A stretch of DNA of 64,000 nt from Leptogorgia sarmentosa. Taxonomy: Eukaryota. The translations under genes were made by a program, and so were the position numbers. Below, in pieces: positions 24,641-38,400 of the stretch (position 1 is its first letter; each line of letters starts with the position of its first letter). The notes under the pieces are model-generated. The model was given only the letters and a program-made list of their open reading frames with translations, was not told the DNA's origin and searched no databases. The DNA lies in NCBI GenBank assembly GCA_964658305.1, contig OZ210885.1:20336001-20400000 (forward strand). The letters run 5' to 3'.

Positions 24641-26120
24641 TCAAAAACGTTCTAAAATATCTAATACCTTGAGAAAATGCTCAATCCCATTGTTGCCATC
24701 ATCCTGTAAAGGATCAACATTCTCCTGAAGATAGGAAAGTTGCTCTTCAGTGAATTCAACACCAGGAGGGGGCACGATAATGTTATTGTCTGTGGTGATT
24801 TCAGGCAAAGGGCCACCATAATCAACCCCATATGAGGTTTCACTGATAACAATTGGATCCTCGGGGCCATTTTGAATGTGGGTATACCACAGTTCCAATG
24901 GTGACTTGTGGTTAGCAGTTCTAATTCCATGGTGGTTCCACTGCAATCGAAATTCTGCTAATGCCGCATTAATGCGAGGGAGATACACATAGTGAAGTGC
25001 GTATAAATGGACCTCATTTAATGAATCTAAAAATTCACTATTCTCTAAAAACTGAAAAAAATCTTTATAAAGTGCTGACATAACTCTATTGACCTCAGCC
25101 CAAAGTCTTTCAATTCTCTGGTTTGTGGATGCTTTTACCAGCAATGAAACTACCTCTCCCCAAGCCTCGATTCTCCAACACAAAACGTGCCACATTGACA
25201 TTTTCCACACCATGATCACCTCTCACTCTGGATGGTAAACCAAACTCTTCAACTCCACTTTGAAAATATTTTAACACTGTGTCAGCTCTGTTGTTTACAC
25301 AGCAGTGTAGGTAGATCACTAATCGGCTAAAGCCATCTATACAACCATGGATGACAAATCTTTGCGATATCAACTTGTGGTTTGAATCAATGTGCCACAA
25401 GTGATTGGGACCTTTCACATTGTACACACGGCAACAAATGGCATATCTTCTCTGTATGCTCCTTCCAATGGGATCAACACGGTGGATGCTTTCCCAGACT
25501 CTTTCCCGTTGAACATGAATTTTTTGCCCCTTCAAACTTCCTCTGACATAAGTCTCCCCACTGTAAGGTGTCAACTGAAGGATTTCTGCCACCTGTCTGT
25601 CCAGATCAATGTCACATATGTCGGAAAAACTTGCAGTTAACCCAAACTCAGATCTCCTTCTCTGTAAAGTTTTCTCAGATATACCAAGAAATCTTGAAAT
25701 GGCCTTCCAGTCCATACCTGCATCTCTTAATTGTTCAATGTGTTCCTTTTTTATGTCAAATGCAGGTCGTCCACCTGTACTTGGCAATGTGGCTGGTAAA
25801 TTACATGGATTTTCTACAGGCAATATTTCCAGGATCTCCAATAGCTCTATCCGTGCACTTTCCATGGCGGACAACAATTCTGAAAGTAGTGCTGAAAGGC
25901 TAGTTCGTTCTTCAGTGCTGGTTCTTACCAACGCCGCATTCTCAGTTTCACTTTCAGACACTACCACAGCCATTGCATCAATTATAGCCCCATAATTTTC
26001 CAGTTTGTTTTTGCAATATTCGGCACCAGTTGTATATTTATCCAGGTACACTCGACTACAGTGCCCGAACAGAGTATGAACACTTAAAAAAAAGTTCCGC
26101 AGTTCCTCAATGTCTGCCAT
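24641..26120 (-). pseudogene. DDE integrase/transposase of element C (one frameshift ~25130)
   Basis: ORFs 25110-26174 and 24641-25219 join to give [22 protein letters not shown]; likely start MADIEEL at 26120. Confidence 0.9.
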
Positions 26121-26445
26121 TGTATTGTGATTTTTAATCAGTGCACGTGTACTAAGTTCTAACAGTTCTAACATGACGTACGGCGATATGTGTATTGTGT
26201 CCGCTGACCGAAATTACCGTTGTAAAACTCGACTATCGTTTATAAAAATCTCAACCATCGTATGGAATAATTTGAATTCTCGGTTGTCGTTCAGCTTATA
26301 AAACTCGTTCATAGTTCATTTCTCTCAACTATCTCGTATATGTATTCTCGAGTATCCCATACACTGCTCGACTATTGTATATACAACTCGACCACCGCAT
26401 ACAATTCTCGAATACTTTTGTCCACTTTGGCTTGCCATTACAATC

Positions 26446-28915
26446 TAGCTCAAATTCAAACAGTGGCGTAATAAGAGAACTGCTAACTCGGGTACAAGAG
26501 CTTTCTCAGGCAATTTCGCCGCCAAATCCTGAAGTCAACACTATATTTAATAACAGAAGACAAGGCCCCGGAGGTGGAACAACAACCCGAGCAACAACCT
26601 ACTGCTTCGCATTTGCCAATTCGAAGAAATACATCTGTTACCGCCACCACTGCCTTCGGCACGAGACGCTTTTTTCCTGCGGCCAGGCCACCACTCCGAA
26701 GAGGGAGAAACAGACAAAGAAACAACGCATTGCAATGTGCAGACAACCGACCTTTCATGCGGGACTTGATATTGTTGAGCGGGCCAGGTGAAAATTTGGT
26801 GCCACGACAAGGATCCTGATTAGTGTTGATGGAAAGTGGGCACATATTGTCAGGTTGTCGTTTTACTAAAAACCTGTCTGCTGCAGCTGTGGAGACAAAC
26901 ATTATACAAGCATTTGAAGGGAAAATCCCCCCAAGTGTTGATATAGAACTATTGACATCTATCCATAGCAATTTAGTTGCACCATCTTTAGCACCTGGAC
27001 AGCTTCTGGATGGCGTAATGCTGCACCGGATTTTCAAACAGAAACCTGTATATGTGCGTCCTAGCTGTAATTTGCTAAACACAAAATCATCAAGTTCTTT
27101 ATTGCAGGTAATTGCTCCTCCATAATATTCAATATCAGGGTTTCGGCAATTGTAACCATACTCATATTAGATCAGATTAGTTGCCAAAATAATGACTGTT
27201 CCCTTTTTTTGATACTCTATGATGCTTGAAAATGTTGTCATAATCGTTGTTTTATTAATGGTAATGGTTTATGATCTTTTAGATAAAGGGTGACAGAGAT
27301 GATGTCGATGATGAAGATGAAGTTCGTGAGCTAACTACAGGAACTGAAAATAATCAATTGAATACAGCTACTGAATCTAACCTGTCACCTGTACCAAGAA
27401 ATGTTTCTACTACAAACCCTCTTCCCAATCCACCTTGCCAAGAGGAAAGACCTCAACCGACCATCGTTGAATCCTTTTGAGCTCCTCAAATGTCACAACT
27501 GGTGATGATGAAATAAATTTGTTATTTGATGAAGGTAACAGTATTCAATGCATCAATATAGTCTATGTTTTAATCCTTTGTGACAAACTTTATTTGCCAA
27601 AACTATGCCACCAGCAATTGGGAATAGTTTATTACTGAAAGTATATTGAAAACAAAGCCCAAGGTTCATATATGTTGGAGTCTTTTCTTGTTGAATGTCA
27701 GTAGTTACTAATATTCATGTACAGTGTTTTTTCTTTCAGGTGACGATGACCTCGTTTCAATTTTTGATCTTGAAAAGCCTGTAAAACATGTACTAGTACA
27801 CAGGAGTACCATTCGAAAGGATATCATCACAATTTTCAGTGATCCAGGAATCTTGAATTATGTAATTCAAGTTCAAGTAATAGATGAACGTGGCAGACAT
27901 GAAAAAGGGGAGGGCAAAGGAGTGGTAATTAATATGATCACAAATTTTTGGCAGGAATGTTTCACATCCTTGATGGTGGGATCAAGTGAAAAAATCCCAT
28001 TTATACGACATGACCTTCAGAAAAGAGAATGGGAAGCAATAGCAAGAGTTTTGGTGTATGGTTATAAGAATTTCAGTTGTTTCCCATTGAAATTGTCATT
28101 GACATTTATGATTACATGCCTATTTGGGGAAGAAAGCATTACGACAGAAATGTTGCTAGCATCATTCAGAAAGTATATTCCTTCAGAAGATAGAGAGGTA
28201 CCACACTGTACATAAATTATATCACATTTGTCTTGAAAAGTTTGCATACCCTGTTTCGATATGAAACTATATAAGGTCAACCATTTAAACCAGACAGAAA
28301 CTGCCACAAAGTTAAATTCAATTTCTTTTGTCAGGTGATGGATTTGTGTCTTGGACCTGATTATAAGGCAGATGATGATGAAGTTTTAGAATTCCTTTCC
28401 AGCTTCAAGTGCTTTAAAGTGCCTACACCAGATAACATTACAACAATCATAAAAGAATTGGCCCATCAGGAGTTAGCTCAAAAGCCTAAATATGTTATCC
28501 ACTGTTGGACACCCATATTCAGTCAATTAAAACATGATCCCTCCTTCAAGACCATTGAAAGTCTTAATGAGCTTTACAAGAGCAAAGAACCAACTGCAAA
28601 AAAAATAATTAAATTGCTACAAGTAGAGCCAAACACCGACGCTGAACGCCAGTGCCTTGATCATCTGAAGAGGCTTATTAAGTCATTAGAAGGTGAACAA
28701 TTGGCAAGATTTTTGCAATTTTGTACAGCTAGTGATGTCATTGCATGTGATTTCATATCTGTCACATTTACAAACTTGGATGGATTCCAGCGACGGCCTG
28801 GGGCTCGTACATGTCTTCCAAGGATTGAGATACCAACAACATATGAGTCATACCCAGCACTTGTAGAAGAATTCAAACATTTTAAAAGATGAGAAGTCTT
28901 GGTCATTTGACATTG
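26446..28915 (+). pseudogene. HECT E3 ubiquitin ligase cargo gene of element B (start codon at 21260, cut off by element C)
   Basis: Removing C restores MAQSSSNSNSGVIRELLTRVQELSQAIS. Motifs RPFMRDLILL..VPRQG, EKGEGKGV..FW, FLQFCT, ARTCLPRIEIP, WSFDI. Several stops and frameshifts; GT-AG introns. Confidence 0.85.
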
Positions 28916-29246
28916 CCTCAGGGGGCCGGCTAGATATGATTTACAGTCAACACAAACCTTTTTAAACAGTCATTGTTTGGTTATTAAAGTTTGGAAAAAA
29001 TGGATTAATTTAGTTAAATTCAAATATGTTGTCATGTTCAGAAAATATGACAACCTATATGTATGTATATATGACAACCTATATGTATATATTTTACTGG
29101 ATGAGAGATTTTACAGTTGCATAGTTTTATAATGTTATTCTGTTCATATTTTGTTTGGGTATTAACAAACATACATACTTTTGTAAAGAGTCAGATTAAT
29201 TACAACAAAAAAAGAACATTAGCGGGTATATAAATCTTACATGTAA

Positions 29247-30725
29247 TTAACTCTCAGCAAAGTTTTTAACAATGTCAAGTGCTTCCAAATAGTGGTTGAT
29301 GCCATAATTGCCATCGTCAGCGAGAGGATTAATAGTGTTAGAAAGCTGTTGTTGTTGTTCTTCAGGTAACATCACCAACATATCGGGCACAACAACATTG
29401 TTGTCAGTAATAACTTCGGGTGTCGGTCCTTCATAATCAACCCCATATTCATCAAAATTAAGAAGGGGTGAGTCATCTACGATACTAAGCATATGTGTTT
29501 GCCACAATGCCAGTGGTGTTTGGTGCCCTGTTGTCCTCAGACCGTGATGGTTCCACTGCCTCTTAAACTCTTGAAGTGATTCATTTATCCTTGGCAGGAA
29601 GACAAACTGCAGTGCAAAAAGACTTTCTTCATTTAAAGCATCAAGCAGCATCCTCTCTTCTAGAAAAGTAAAGATTCCTATGTAAAGAGCGGATAGCACT
29701 CTGTTCACTTCAGCCCATAGTCGTTCGATCCGCTGGTTGTGAACACTTCTTCCAGCGATGAAGCTCCCCCTGTTTTCTCCTCGACGTGCTATCATAAGCC
29801 TGGCCACATCCACATTCTCTACTCCACGATCTCCTCTGACCCTGGATGGTAATCCAAATTCTGCAATGCCACCTTTAAATAGATCAACAACAGTTGCAGC
29901 TTTGTTGTTGGTGGTGCATTCCAAATATATAATTGCTCTGCTGAAGCCATCTATGCAGCCATGAATAACGAAGCGCCAATTGATCATCTTGTGGTTTGAA
30001 TCTATATGCCACAGACAGTTAGGGCCTGGGACATTATAAACCCTCCTACAGATTGCATATCTTCTTCTCATGTTTCTTCCAATTGGGTCAACCCTGCGAA
30101 GACTTTCTCTGACTCTCTCTCTCTGAACAGTGATACTCCGGCCTCTCAAACTGCCTCTCACATAACATTCACCACTGTAAGGTGTCAGACGAAGAATTTC
30201 CTGTATTTGTGCATCCAGGTTATCATCTGTTATGACAGTCAATACCATATTCGATTCTTCTTCTATGGAGTGTTCGTTCAGAGACACCAAGAAACAATGC
30301 AATGTTTTTCCAATTTAATCCAGTATCTCGCAACTGTTGTATGCAGGTCTTCCACCAGTGCTTGGTAGAAACGAAATGACCTCTCTAGATTCTTCAACAG
30401 ACGTTGTCTCTAATGCAACTGTAACTCTCTCCAACTCCAGTTCCATTTCACAAATTAATCTTTCCACAAGTGATTGTAGTGAAATTAGCGTATGACTTGC
30501 TGGTTGTTGAATCTGTGTCTCTCTTAAAACGTGTGTTTGATTGGATATACAAAGAAAAATTGAGGAAACAATTGGGATACAACGCTCAAGTTTGCTTTTG
30601 CAATGTTCCAAACCTAGAGGGTCGTTAAGCAATAACGATTGTCGAATTTGGTTAAACCAATTGTTTAACATTTGTAGAAACTCCGAGAGTTCCTGATGAG
30701 ATTTGTAGCTTGAAGATGCCGCCAT
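29247..30725 (-). pseudogene. DDE integrase/transposase of element B (frameshift/deletion in the HTH, ~30250-30330)
   Basis: ORFs 30315-30725 ([10 protein letters not shown]) and 29247-30302 ([22 protein letters not shown]). Confidence 0.9.
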
Positions 30726-33700
30726 ATTTGCAGTTTCTAACGTTATGCTAACGTTGAAACTTAGATTAAGTTTCCTTTCCCGTCATGCGATGTACGCAAG
30801 TCGATCATAGATATATACCACTCGAATATAGTATTATCAATCTGGACCATTAATATATGCGTTTCAATTACTAATTTACGTTTCTCGGCCACAAATATAT
30901 CCGTTAGAAGTAGTGATATATACATCTCGGTACACTTTTGTCAGGTATGGCTTGCCATACCGGACCATCCCGACCTAACTTTAACTGAACTAAATATATA
31001 TAACAATGGTAATGTTAGGACATTTCCTACACTCTCCCCCATATACATTGCGTGCAATGAATATGTTCCTTTAAACCGTCAACTGTTTCCCGTAACCCTA
31101 TCGCTAATAGTCATCTATTTCTCGAATTCTTTCGCGTGCTGCGACGGCTGCGTCCCTGGTTGGTCTGAAGACGCACGCGTCTGGATTTATATTTACCGAC
31201 TGACTCGATACCGACTCGCCGCGATCGCATGATAGTTCCAGGGGATACAAGTGATTTATCGCCCGTTCTAAAAAGGTCTTCCCAGCACGCAACTTCACTG
31301 CTCGCACGACGCCGTCTCGTCCCTGGTACAACTCCTCAACAACACCGAGCGGCCATTTCCCTCTATTTCGCTCGTCGGACTGAATTATTACCACGTCACA
31401 TTTCGCTACGGTGAATGAACCCTTCTTGTGTTTCTGATTGTGTCGTTCTCTCAGGCCGCGTAGGTATTCATTAGACCACCTGCGCCACATGGTGTCTTTA
31501 CATTTGAGTAAATATCTCGCACGTTTCCCACGTTTCCCACGAATAGCATTGCATTGGGTGTCAAAGTCGGCATCTGCACATCTTCTTCAACATAGCTAAG
31601 GGGTCGACAGTTCAAAGCGACTTCGATCGATATCTAGTAAAATTTCTTGTAGTTCGTCCCATCTGAGGCAACCATTTCCAATCGTTTTGTGTAAGGCTCT
31701 TTTAACCAACCCGATTAATCGCTCGAATTGCCCTCCCCACCACGGGGCACGGCTAAGGTTGAACTGCCAGTGGATTTTATTTCCGGCTAGGAAATCATTG
31801 AACCTCTCGTCCCTTTGCGCCGTTTTCAACCACCTTGCCGCTGCCTCGAATGTCTTCGCGTTGTCGGAGTACACTTTAGTTGGTCTCCCCCTTCTCGCGA
31901 TAAGTCTCTTGAGGCTCAGTATGTATTCTTGGGTCTCCAGGGAATGTAACAGGTCGAGGTATACAGCTCGCGTAAGGCTACACGCGTACAACACGATATA
32001 CGATTTTGCGTCTCGTTTGCGTTTCATTACGTACTTTATGGGCCCCGTGAAATCCACGCCGATAACTTGGAAGGGTCTGCTTCCCTCTGTCCGATCTAAA
32101 GGTAGTAACCCCGGTGGTGGTTGTGCCACAGCTCTAGCCTGGAAACGACGACATCCGTAACATCGTTTAACAACTTTCCGACTTAGCCGCCGTAACATAG
32201 GGACCCAATAGCTTTCTCTCACCCGAGCCATCGTCATTTCCACTCCCCCGTGGAGCGTTCTTACGTGGGAGTCTTCGACAACCTTTGCGGTAAATGAATG
32301 AGTGTCGGGAAGATAGAGTGGGTACTGTCTTTGTATACGTCCTCGGCACTCTAGCAACCCTTCGCCGTTGATTTGCAGGTTTAGACGCATCCGATCCTCT
32401 TCGATGTCACAATTGGATTGCGCTCGCCGTATCCAGAAATTACGTTGCTTGTCAAGCTCAGCTGTAGTCAAAGGCCCTTTTACCTGTTGGTCTCGATTCC
32501 GGACATTGTGTAGGAAACGCGACATCCATGCGCCGATTCTCGTGGTCTTGCTCAAGTTAAACTTGGTTAGGAGGTCATCGAAACTGTCATCATCCTTTTC
32601 TACGGCTGTGGCGAAGACCTTCCGAATAGCCTTCGCTTCTGCATCACTTTCCTTAGTGCCTCTAGTCGTAATGTCTGGAGGCCACTGCTTCTTGTCAGAT
32701 AACCACTCTGGTCCATCCCACCAAAGCTTGTTGTTCTTTACTTCGCCACCTCTGCTCCCAAGGTCAGCAGGATTCTCATTCGCAGGCACGTGGCGCCACT
32801 GGATCTGCGGATGGCTCTGGATCTTGCGAACCCGATTTGCCACGAACTGCTTGTACTCTCCTGCACCTCTTATCCAGTGGAGGGCGACGGTACTATCCAA
32901 CCAACCATGGGAACTCATCACTGGGAATCCATCCAAGGCTTCGTGCACGTTACTCACTAGGTTTACGGCCATATGGGTGGACACGAGTTCCAACCGCGGA
33001 ATCGTCAATCCTTGTTTGGCTAACCTGGACTTCGCTGCCACCAGACCCTGTGTCACGCCGGATGCTTGACTAACAACGGCATAAACAACGCTCGACACGC
33101 CTCTGATGCTTGCGTCGCCAAAAGTGTGGAGCTCTATCAAGTCGATATCTTCTTGATGCTTAGCCAATGTCTGTGCTGTTGATATTTTGCTTGGAGGTAG
33201 CCGCTCCCACCGAGACCACTTCGCCATCAGTTCCGTTGGCACAGGGACATCCCACGCAATCTTCCTTTCACACACTTCCCGATAAATGAATTTCCCTTGT
33301 AAGGTCTGCGGCGATGCAAAGCCTGAGGGGTCGTACGTCTTTGCTAGTGTTCGCAATATCCCTCGCTTAGTATCCGTAGTTCTCTCTTCAGGTACAACAA
33401 CGCTTATCTCGTCATCACGTTTGTTCCAAGAGAGACCCAGAATACTCGAATCTCCTCCGTCTGGCGTCCCCAACTGATGGTTCTTCAAGCTCAACGGCGT
33501 TAGAATGCCATTTATGTAAAGTAAAACCGGCATCTTTGAAGATCTCTGTAGCTTCTTGTTTCAACTGCCCTGCCTTTCGCACCGTCGACATCCCACTGAT
33601 CAAATCATCGACATACATGCTCTTACGAATCTCTGCCACTACATCAGGAGCACGGTCTTCCCACGATTCGAGATGTTTTCAATCACCCCTCCCAACAAGA

Positions 33701-35160
33701 AGGGCGACGGCGCAAGGCCGAATAAGGCTCTGGTGAATCTCAACGTTTTGACTTTTGACTGTTCATCTGGTGCCCAGTGAAACCTCAATGCGTCTCGCTC
33801 CGCTTCCTTAATCCAGACTTGTAGAAACGCCTGCTTTAAGTCCCCCATCAGAGCTATTGGGTGGAATCGCATCCGCACCAGCACACTCCACAGTCGATTT
33901 TGAAGGGACGGTCCTGCGTTCAAACAATCGTTCAGACTAGGAGCATTTGGATGCGCAATGGCTGACGCGTCGTATACAATACGAACTTTAGTCGTCTCAG
34001 CTGTATCTTTGACAACAGCCTTGTGTGGTATATAGAACCGACACCATCAGCTTCCTGATCAGCAACTTCAACAATGCAATCTGCCCTTTGGTTTTCGATA
34101 ATCTCAGAGTAGCTCTCGGTCATTTCAGTTTGTCTCAGTTTTCGTTGTAGGTTTGCGAGTCGTCTCAAACTACCGTTTAGATTGTTTGGAAGTGGCGGGT
34201 GGGCCCCCTTCCAAGGGAGCCCGGTCTCATACCAACCCTCGTCACTCCTGACCAGCTGTTCACGGAATTCGGCGTATACCTCTCGTTGTCATATTCAGGT
34301 CTATCTTTCAGCCCTAATACATCGAGCCGACACAGGTCTTCGTAGTCTGTACGACTCGTCTGGGTTAGCAACATTTTCGAATGATCCAATTCTTTCCCTG
34401 GTGACATTATGGTCCACCCGAATTTAGTTTTCTCTGCAACAGGTTCTCCCGGTTTCCCAATACGAGGTGGTTCAGTTGTCTTGATCGCTGCGTAGTCGCT
34501 CGCTCCAAGGATCAGGTGGACAGGCAGAAAGGGCTTGGGATCATTATCTATCATGGTAATTCCTTCCAGATGCTTAAATGACTGAATTAACTTTGTATAC
34601 TGTGGGTTGTCGACCGTAAACAGATTTCCGCGTTCAACTTTAGTAACCTCCACTCGCAACTTCTCCTTTCCGTCCATAGATGCAACACCTATTGTGGACA
34701 GAGTCACTTCACATGTTGTCGAACCGAGCATCATCTCAATCTTTCTCACTTCCTTTGTCTGTGATCGTTTCGGTAGTCTATCCAACAGGGCTGCCGAGGC
34801 GTAGGAGCTGCCCGCTCCAGTATCCAACAGGGCTGCCGAGGCGTAGGAGCTGCCCGCTCCAGTGTCCAGCAGGGCGCGACATTCAACACCTTCGACATTC
34901 ACTATTGGGTATACCACGGAGTTGCTCCCTTGCTCAGCAGCTAATAGTTTCTCTCTTGATGTGCAAATTGATGTATGATGCCTCTGATTGCATCGTTGAC
35001 AACCAGAGTTGCTCTTACATTCAGAAGCTCGATGCTTCGCTCCTGTGCAGTTGAAACATAACCGTTTTGTTGCCAGAATCTTCTTTCTCTCGTTCACTTC
35101 TGCCACACTTGTACAGTCTCGAGATTTGTGATTGGTGTCATCACAATAAACACACCCATG

Positions 35161-35921
35161 CAGTGGCGTAGCTACGATTTCCGTCAGGGGGGGCGAGGCC
35201 CTAAATTTTCCGACAACTGGGCGTGGTCGTAGGGCGTGGTCAAAAGGATAGTAGAATAAAGCTATAACAACACTGTATTTCTAGTGAAACAACACAAGTG
35301 AAATACTAGATTTAATCGAGTCTCACGAGACGCCACCATGGTTGGCGTCAAGCGAGAAAATTTTGTGAATTTAGAGCCTCTAGATCGCCGGAAACGGCCA
35401 TTTCAGAGTGTTAACCAAAGCCTTAACACTCAGAATAGAGTCTAGAGGTCTTAGATGTTGTACAACCACAGCTTGCGAACTAATCGCACACGGACATAGA
35501 CAACAGACATATACTTTTACATATTTTACTTTTCTGCTTTCTCCGTGATTTAATGACATAAATTGAAAATTTACCGACCGCTTTGGCTTCAAAACCGACT
35601 GCAATTCATTTACCGACCATTTTCAAAAAAATGGCCCCTACGACTGACAGTTTATCAGTGTAAAATATTTAGTGAGAACTTACATGTCACAGCGCTTATT
35701 GAAATATTATTCACTGTTTAGTGTTAATTTCTTTGTAAGAATAATTCTAAAATCCGTAAAGTACAAAATATTTTGTTTTAGACTTTTGTCTGAACAGTTA
35801 ATTACTTTGTCAACTCGCTTCAAAATTTCCGACAGCTTCAAAATTTTCCGACGAATTGTCACCATAAATGTCCAGAGGGGGGGCGGTCGCCCCCCCTGCT
35901 CCCCCTGTAGCTACGCCACTG
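35161..35921. mobile_element. Non-autonomous hAT element in BEL gag
   Basis: TIR CAGTGGCGTAGCTAC; 8-bp TSD CACCCATG at 35153-35160 and 35922-35929. Confidence 0.9.
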
Positions 35922-36236
35922 CACCCATGCTTCTTTACACCAGTGTTAAAGACCTTGTCCTTTCGTCTCTTCTCTTTGCCACTCTCCTCAGTGCACGGAT
36001 TAATGTCTCTCCATGTTCTCAATGCTTTAACCAACTGTGCCAGGAATAGCCCCAATCCTGCCATCCCTCTTGTCCCCTTACAATATCGCTCTTTATGCCA
36101 GGTAGTTTATCCAGTATGCTTCTTGCCATTCCGTTAACGCGCTCTAACTTGCCTAGAGTCTCTAGTGATTGTACGTTATACAATAGAGTTTTGTAGAATT
36201 TATCTACTTCAATCGAGTTGGAATCCTTGACAACTG

Positions 36237-36475
36237 GGGCCGGTTGTACGAAGCCCGTTTAGCCTAAACGGTGGATAAGCCAAAATTTGATAACACTCTC
36301 ACAATTCTTGTAAACGTATGAATTTAAATTTCATGCCCTAAATACGTAGTGGCAGTCATAGTTGTTCTGGTCATGTTGAAAACTTTCAGTTTTGTTGTTC
36401 AATGAATTAATAGACTTGTTTTTATTTTTCAGCTTGTCCGCCGTTTAGGTTAAACGGGCTTCGTACAACCGGCCC
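36237..36475. mobile_element. PIF/Harbinger-type MITE in BEL gag
   Basis: ~35-bp TIR GGGCCGGTTGTACGAAGCCCGTTTA; 3-bp TSD CTG at 36234-36236 and 36476-36478. Confidence 0.85.
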
Positions 36476-37347
36476 CTGGTAACTGCAAGATATTCTGGAC
36501 GTATGCGTTTACGATTTCACTTATTTTGCCATATTCACCTTCCAATATTACTTTTGCTCAGGCATAACCTTCGGTCGTAAGGGGTAATCCGTCAATATCC
36601 GACCTTATTTTAGGCTCTACGAGTTCTTTCAAGTATGCGAACTTTGTAACCGGAGAAAGTTCAGCGCTGTCGATTTCCGCTATGAACTTATTCCAAAATG
36701 GCAGCCAATTTTCACATTTCCCATCGAACTTAGTAATAGCAAGTTTGGGTAGCTTTGTTGATACAGCTTTAGCATGACTCTGATTCCCTGCTTCCAATAC
36801 CTTTTGAAACTTTAATTTTTGTTCAAATAACTCTTGTTCTTGCCGCAGTTTTCGTTCGTGTTTTTCTTGTTCAAAGCGCAGTTCCCTTTTGTAAGTTTCA
36901 TCTTTCTCAGACGCCCGTGATTCCTTCTTAATTTCGCCTTTCACTCGCTGTAATTCTTGGACCGTTTGGTCGGCAGCTTTCAATTTTTCCTCGATACTAC
37001 TTGCCCAGTTGGTAACTTCATCCTCTGATTCTTTCTTCCTCAATTGCATTCTTCAATGTGTGACAAGCTTGTATTTTGGCAACTATCGCATTCTCGTGCG
37101 GCATATTGCATCGCTGCTGTTCGATACAATTATTTCTTGGCTTCGTTTGACGGCAAATTCCAGTACACACAACTTCCGATCAAGTTCCTTAACTCTAGCT
37201 TCCATAATCTCAATAAATCACAAGTTTTATTGTTAAATAATCACCTGTTTCAAGAGGATTTTGTTCCCGTCTCGTTCGTAGCGTTGCCAGGTTCTTGCTC
37301 TTGTACGAGCGAATATCACGTAAATCCCGTGGTCGGAGGTGCCACTG

Positions 37348-37563
37348 TGTTGTAAATCAGCCCCCAATTTTACTCACAACACAAAGTCAGTGTACGAATA
37401 TGAATATTATTCTTTCACAGTAGTTTTAACGTAATGTTAACGTTTTCAACATGGTTTCACATGCTCTCTCTCGACGCCCCACCAGTATATGCTGGACCAT
37501 CCCGACCTAACTTTAACTGAACTAAATATATATAACAATGGTAATGTTAGGACATTTCCTACA
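37348..37563 (-). repeat. BEL 5' LTR (216 bp)
   Basis: TGTTG...CTACA; homologous to the split copy at 20701-20870 + 30966-31031. Confidence 0.9.
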
Positions 37564-38159
37564 AGGGGAACAAACGACTACGGATTGAAACACTGGATAA
37601 GTTCGTCAATATGTTGCCGGCAGTGAACTTTGTTTTGCGTATTTACTATCTACAGTCTACTATGTGTATGAAAGGTCGCTGTAGCCGCATTTAATCTATT
37701 CACGGCTCAATTCCAGAGTATAAGTTTATCGTTTTAAAGGCAGGACTTCACAAAATATTTACAAACTTTACCCCAAAAGAACACGAGCGAATATTGGCTG
37801 GAAATTGTTTCATATCAAAGACTGACTTAATTAAACCGTTTTATGCAAATAAATGTAGTATTTCGCACCAAATTCAAGTTTATATTAGTCCTAATAACGG
37901 ATAACAAATGGTTCTCGAAATTTAAAAAAAATGCCAATAAAACAAATATAAAAGCTGATATTTGACAGTTTTCAAAAAATTACAGAAATATGAATTTCCG
38001 ATCGTGTTGCCATGACAACAACCTCAGGCAGCCTTTGAAGTACTTCATGTTCCAAAAATATAGTTGCATCAATTGGTTAGTAAGGCGAGGGGTTGCTGCA
38101 TGTATGTATTTCTAGTTTATTACAGAATCTTCGCTCATTTGAGCACGCATAGCTGCATG

Positions 38160-38400
38160 TCAGTCCCAATCAGATTCCCCAACACTTTCTTCATCACTGT
38201 CGAAGCAGCTGCTCCCACTGTCACTTTCTTCATCTTCGTTGCATTTTGCATTTGTGCAATCTTGGCATTTGCACATGCTCGTACACTGTAAGCCTGCTTT
38301 AAAGCATGAGCAGCGATTAGTGGAGCATCCTTTCTTACAGGCACAATCCACATTTTCTAAAATACCATCTGGAGCTGGCAGAAGATCCATCCAATCGAGG
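38160..38400 (-). pseudogene. C-terminal CXC (tesmin-like) Cys-rich fragment, probably from a DNA-transposon protein
   Basis: WMDLLPAPDGILENVDCACKKGCSTNRCSCFKAGLQCTSMCKCQDCTN plus an acidic tail; no upstream part found. Confidence 0.6.

Larger units (their letters stand above)
21271..26439. mobile_element. Element C: IS3EU-like DNA transposon (HECT + integrase) nested in element B
   Basis: ~280-bp TIRs at 21271-21554 and 26169-26439 (TATGGCAAGCCAAAG...; last base of the right TIR is T, not A); 6-bp TSD ACAATC at 21265-21270 and 26440-26445. Confidence 0.93.
20871..30959. mobile_element. Element B: IS3EU-like DNA transposon (HECT + integrase) inserted in the BEL LTR; hosts element C
   Basis: 184-bp TIRs at 20871-21054 and 30776-30959 (TATGGCAAGCCATA...); 6-bp TSD CCGGAC at 20865-20870 and 30960-30965. 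Confidence 0.93.
31104..37240 (-). pseudogene. BEL/Pao gag-pol polyprotein (gag, Zn knuckles, aspartic protease, RT, RNase H, integrase), many frameshifts
   Basis: KLPKLAITKFDG; CFNC..H..C; LLDTGAGSSY; GDLKQAFLQ, YVDD; FGDAS, IPRLEL; GVDF.GP, SDNAKTF, PWWGGQFERL; WRRWSNEYL..R.KWPLG. 5' limit approximate. Confidence 0.92.
20701..37563 (-). mobile_element. BEL/Pao LTR retrotransposon, full length but decayed, with nested insertions
   Basis: TG...CA LTRs at 37348-37563 (5') and 20701-20870 + 30966-31031 (3', split by element B); PPT-like tract 31032-31040; PBS-like TGGCACC next to the 5' LTR; flanks AGGG/AGGG (4-bp or imperfect 5-bp TSD). Confidence 0.92.

Noticed and set aside
21598..28915. 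Tandem host G2E3-like E3 ligase gene family
   Set aside because: Each copy lies within transposon TIRs (TSD-confirmed for A-C), is paired with an integrase and lacks the G2E3 PHD/RING region; no host gene symbol assigned.
15658..30965. Sequence-specific target site for the IS3EU-like elements
   Set aside because: TSDs GAAAAC, CCGGAC and ACAATC share only one terminal base; three sites are too few.
31687..33073. Long plus-strand ORFs (157 and 233 aa) over the BEL pol region
   Set aside because: Antisense shadows of the pol frame with no recognisable motifs.
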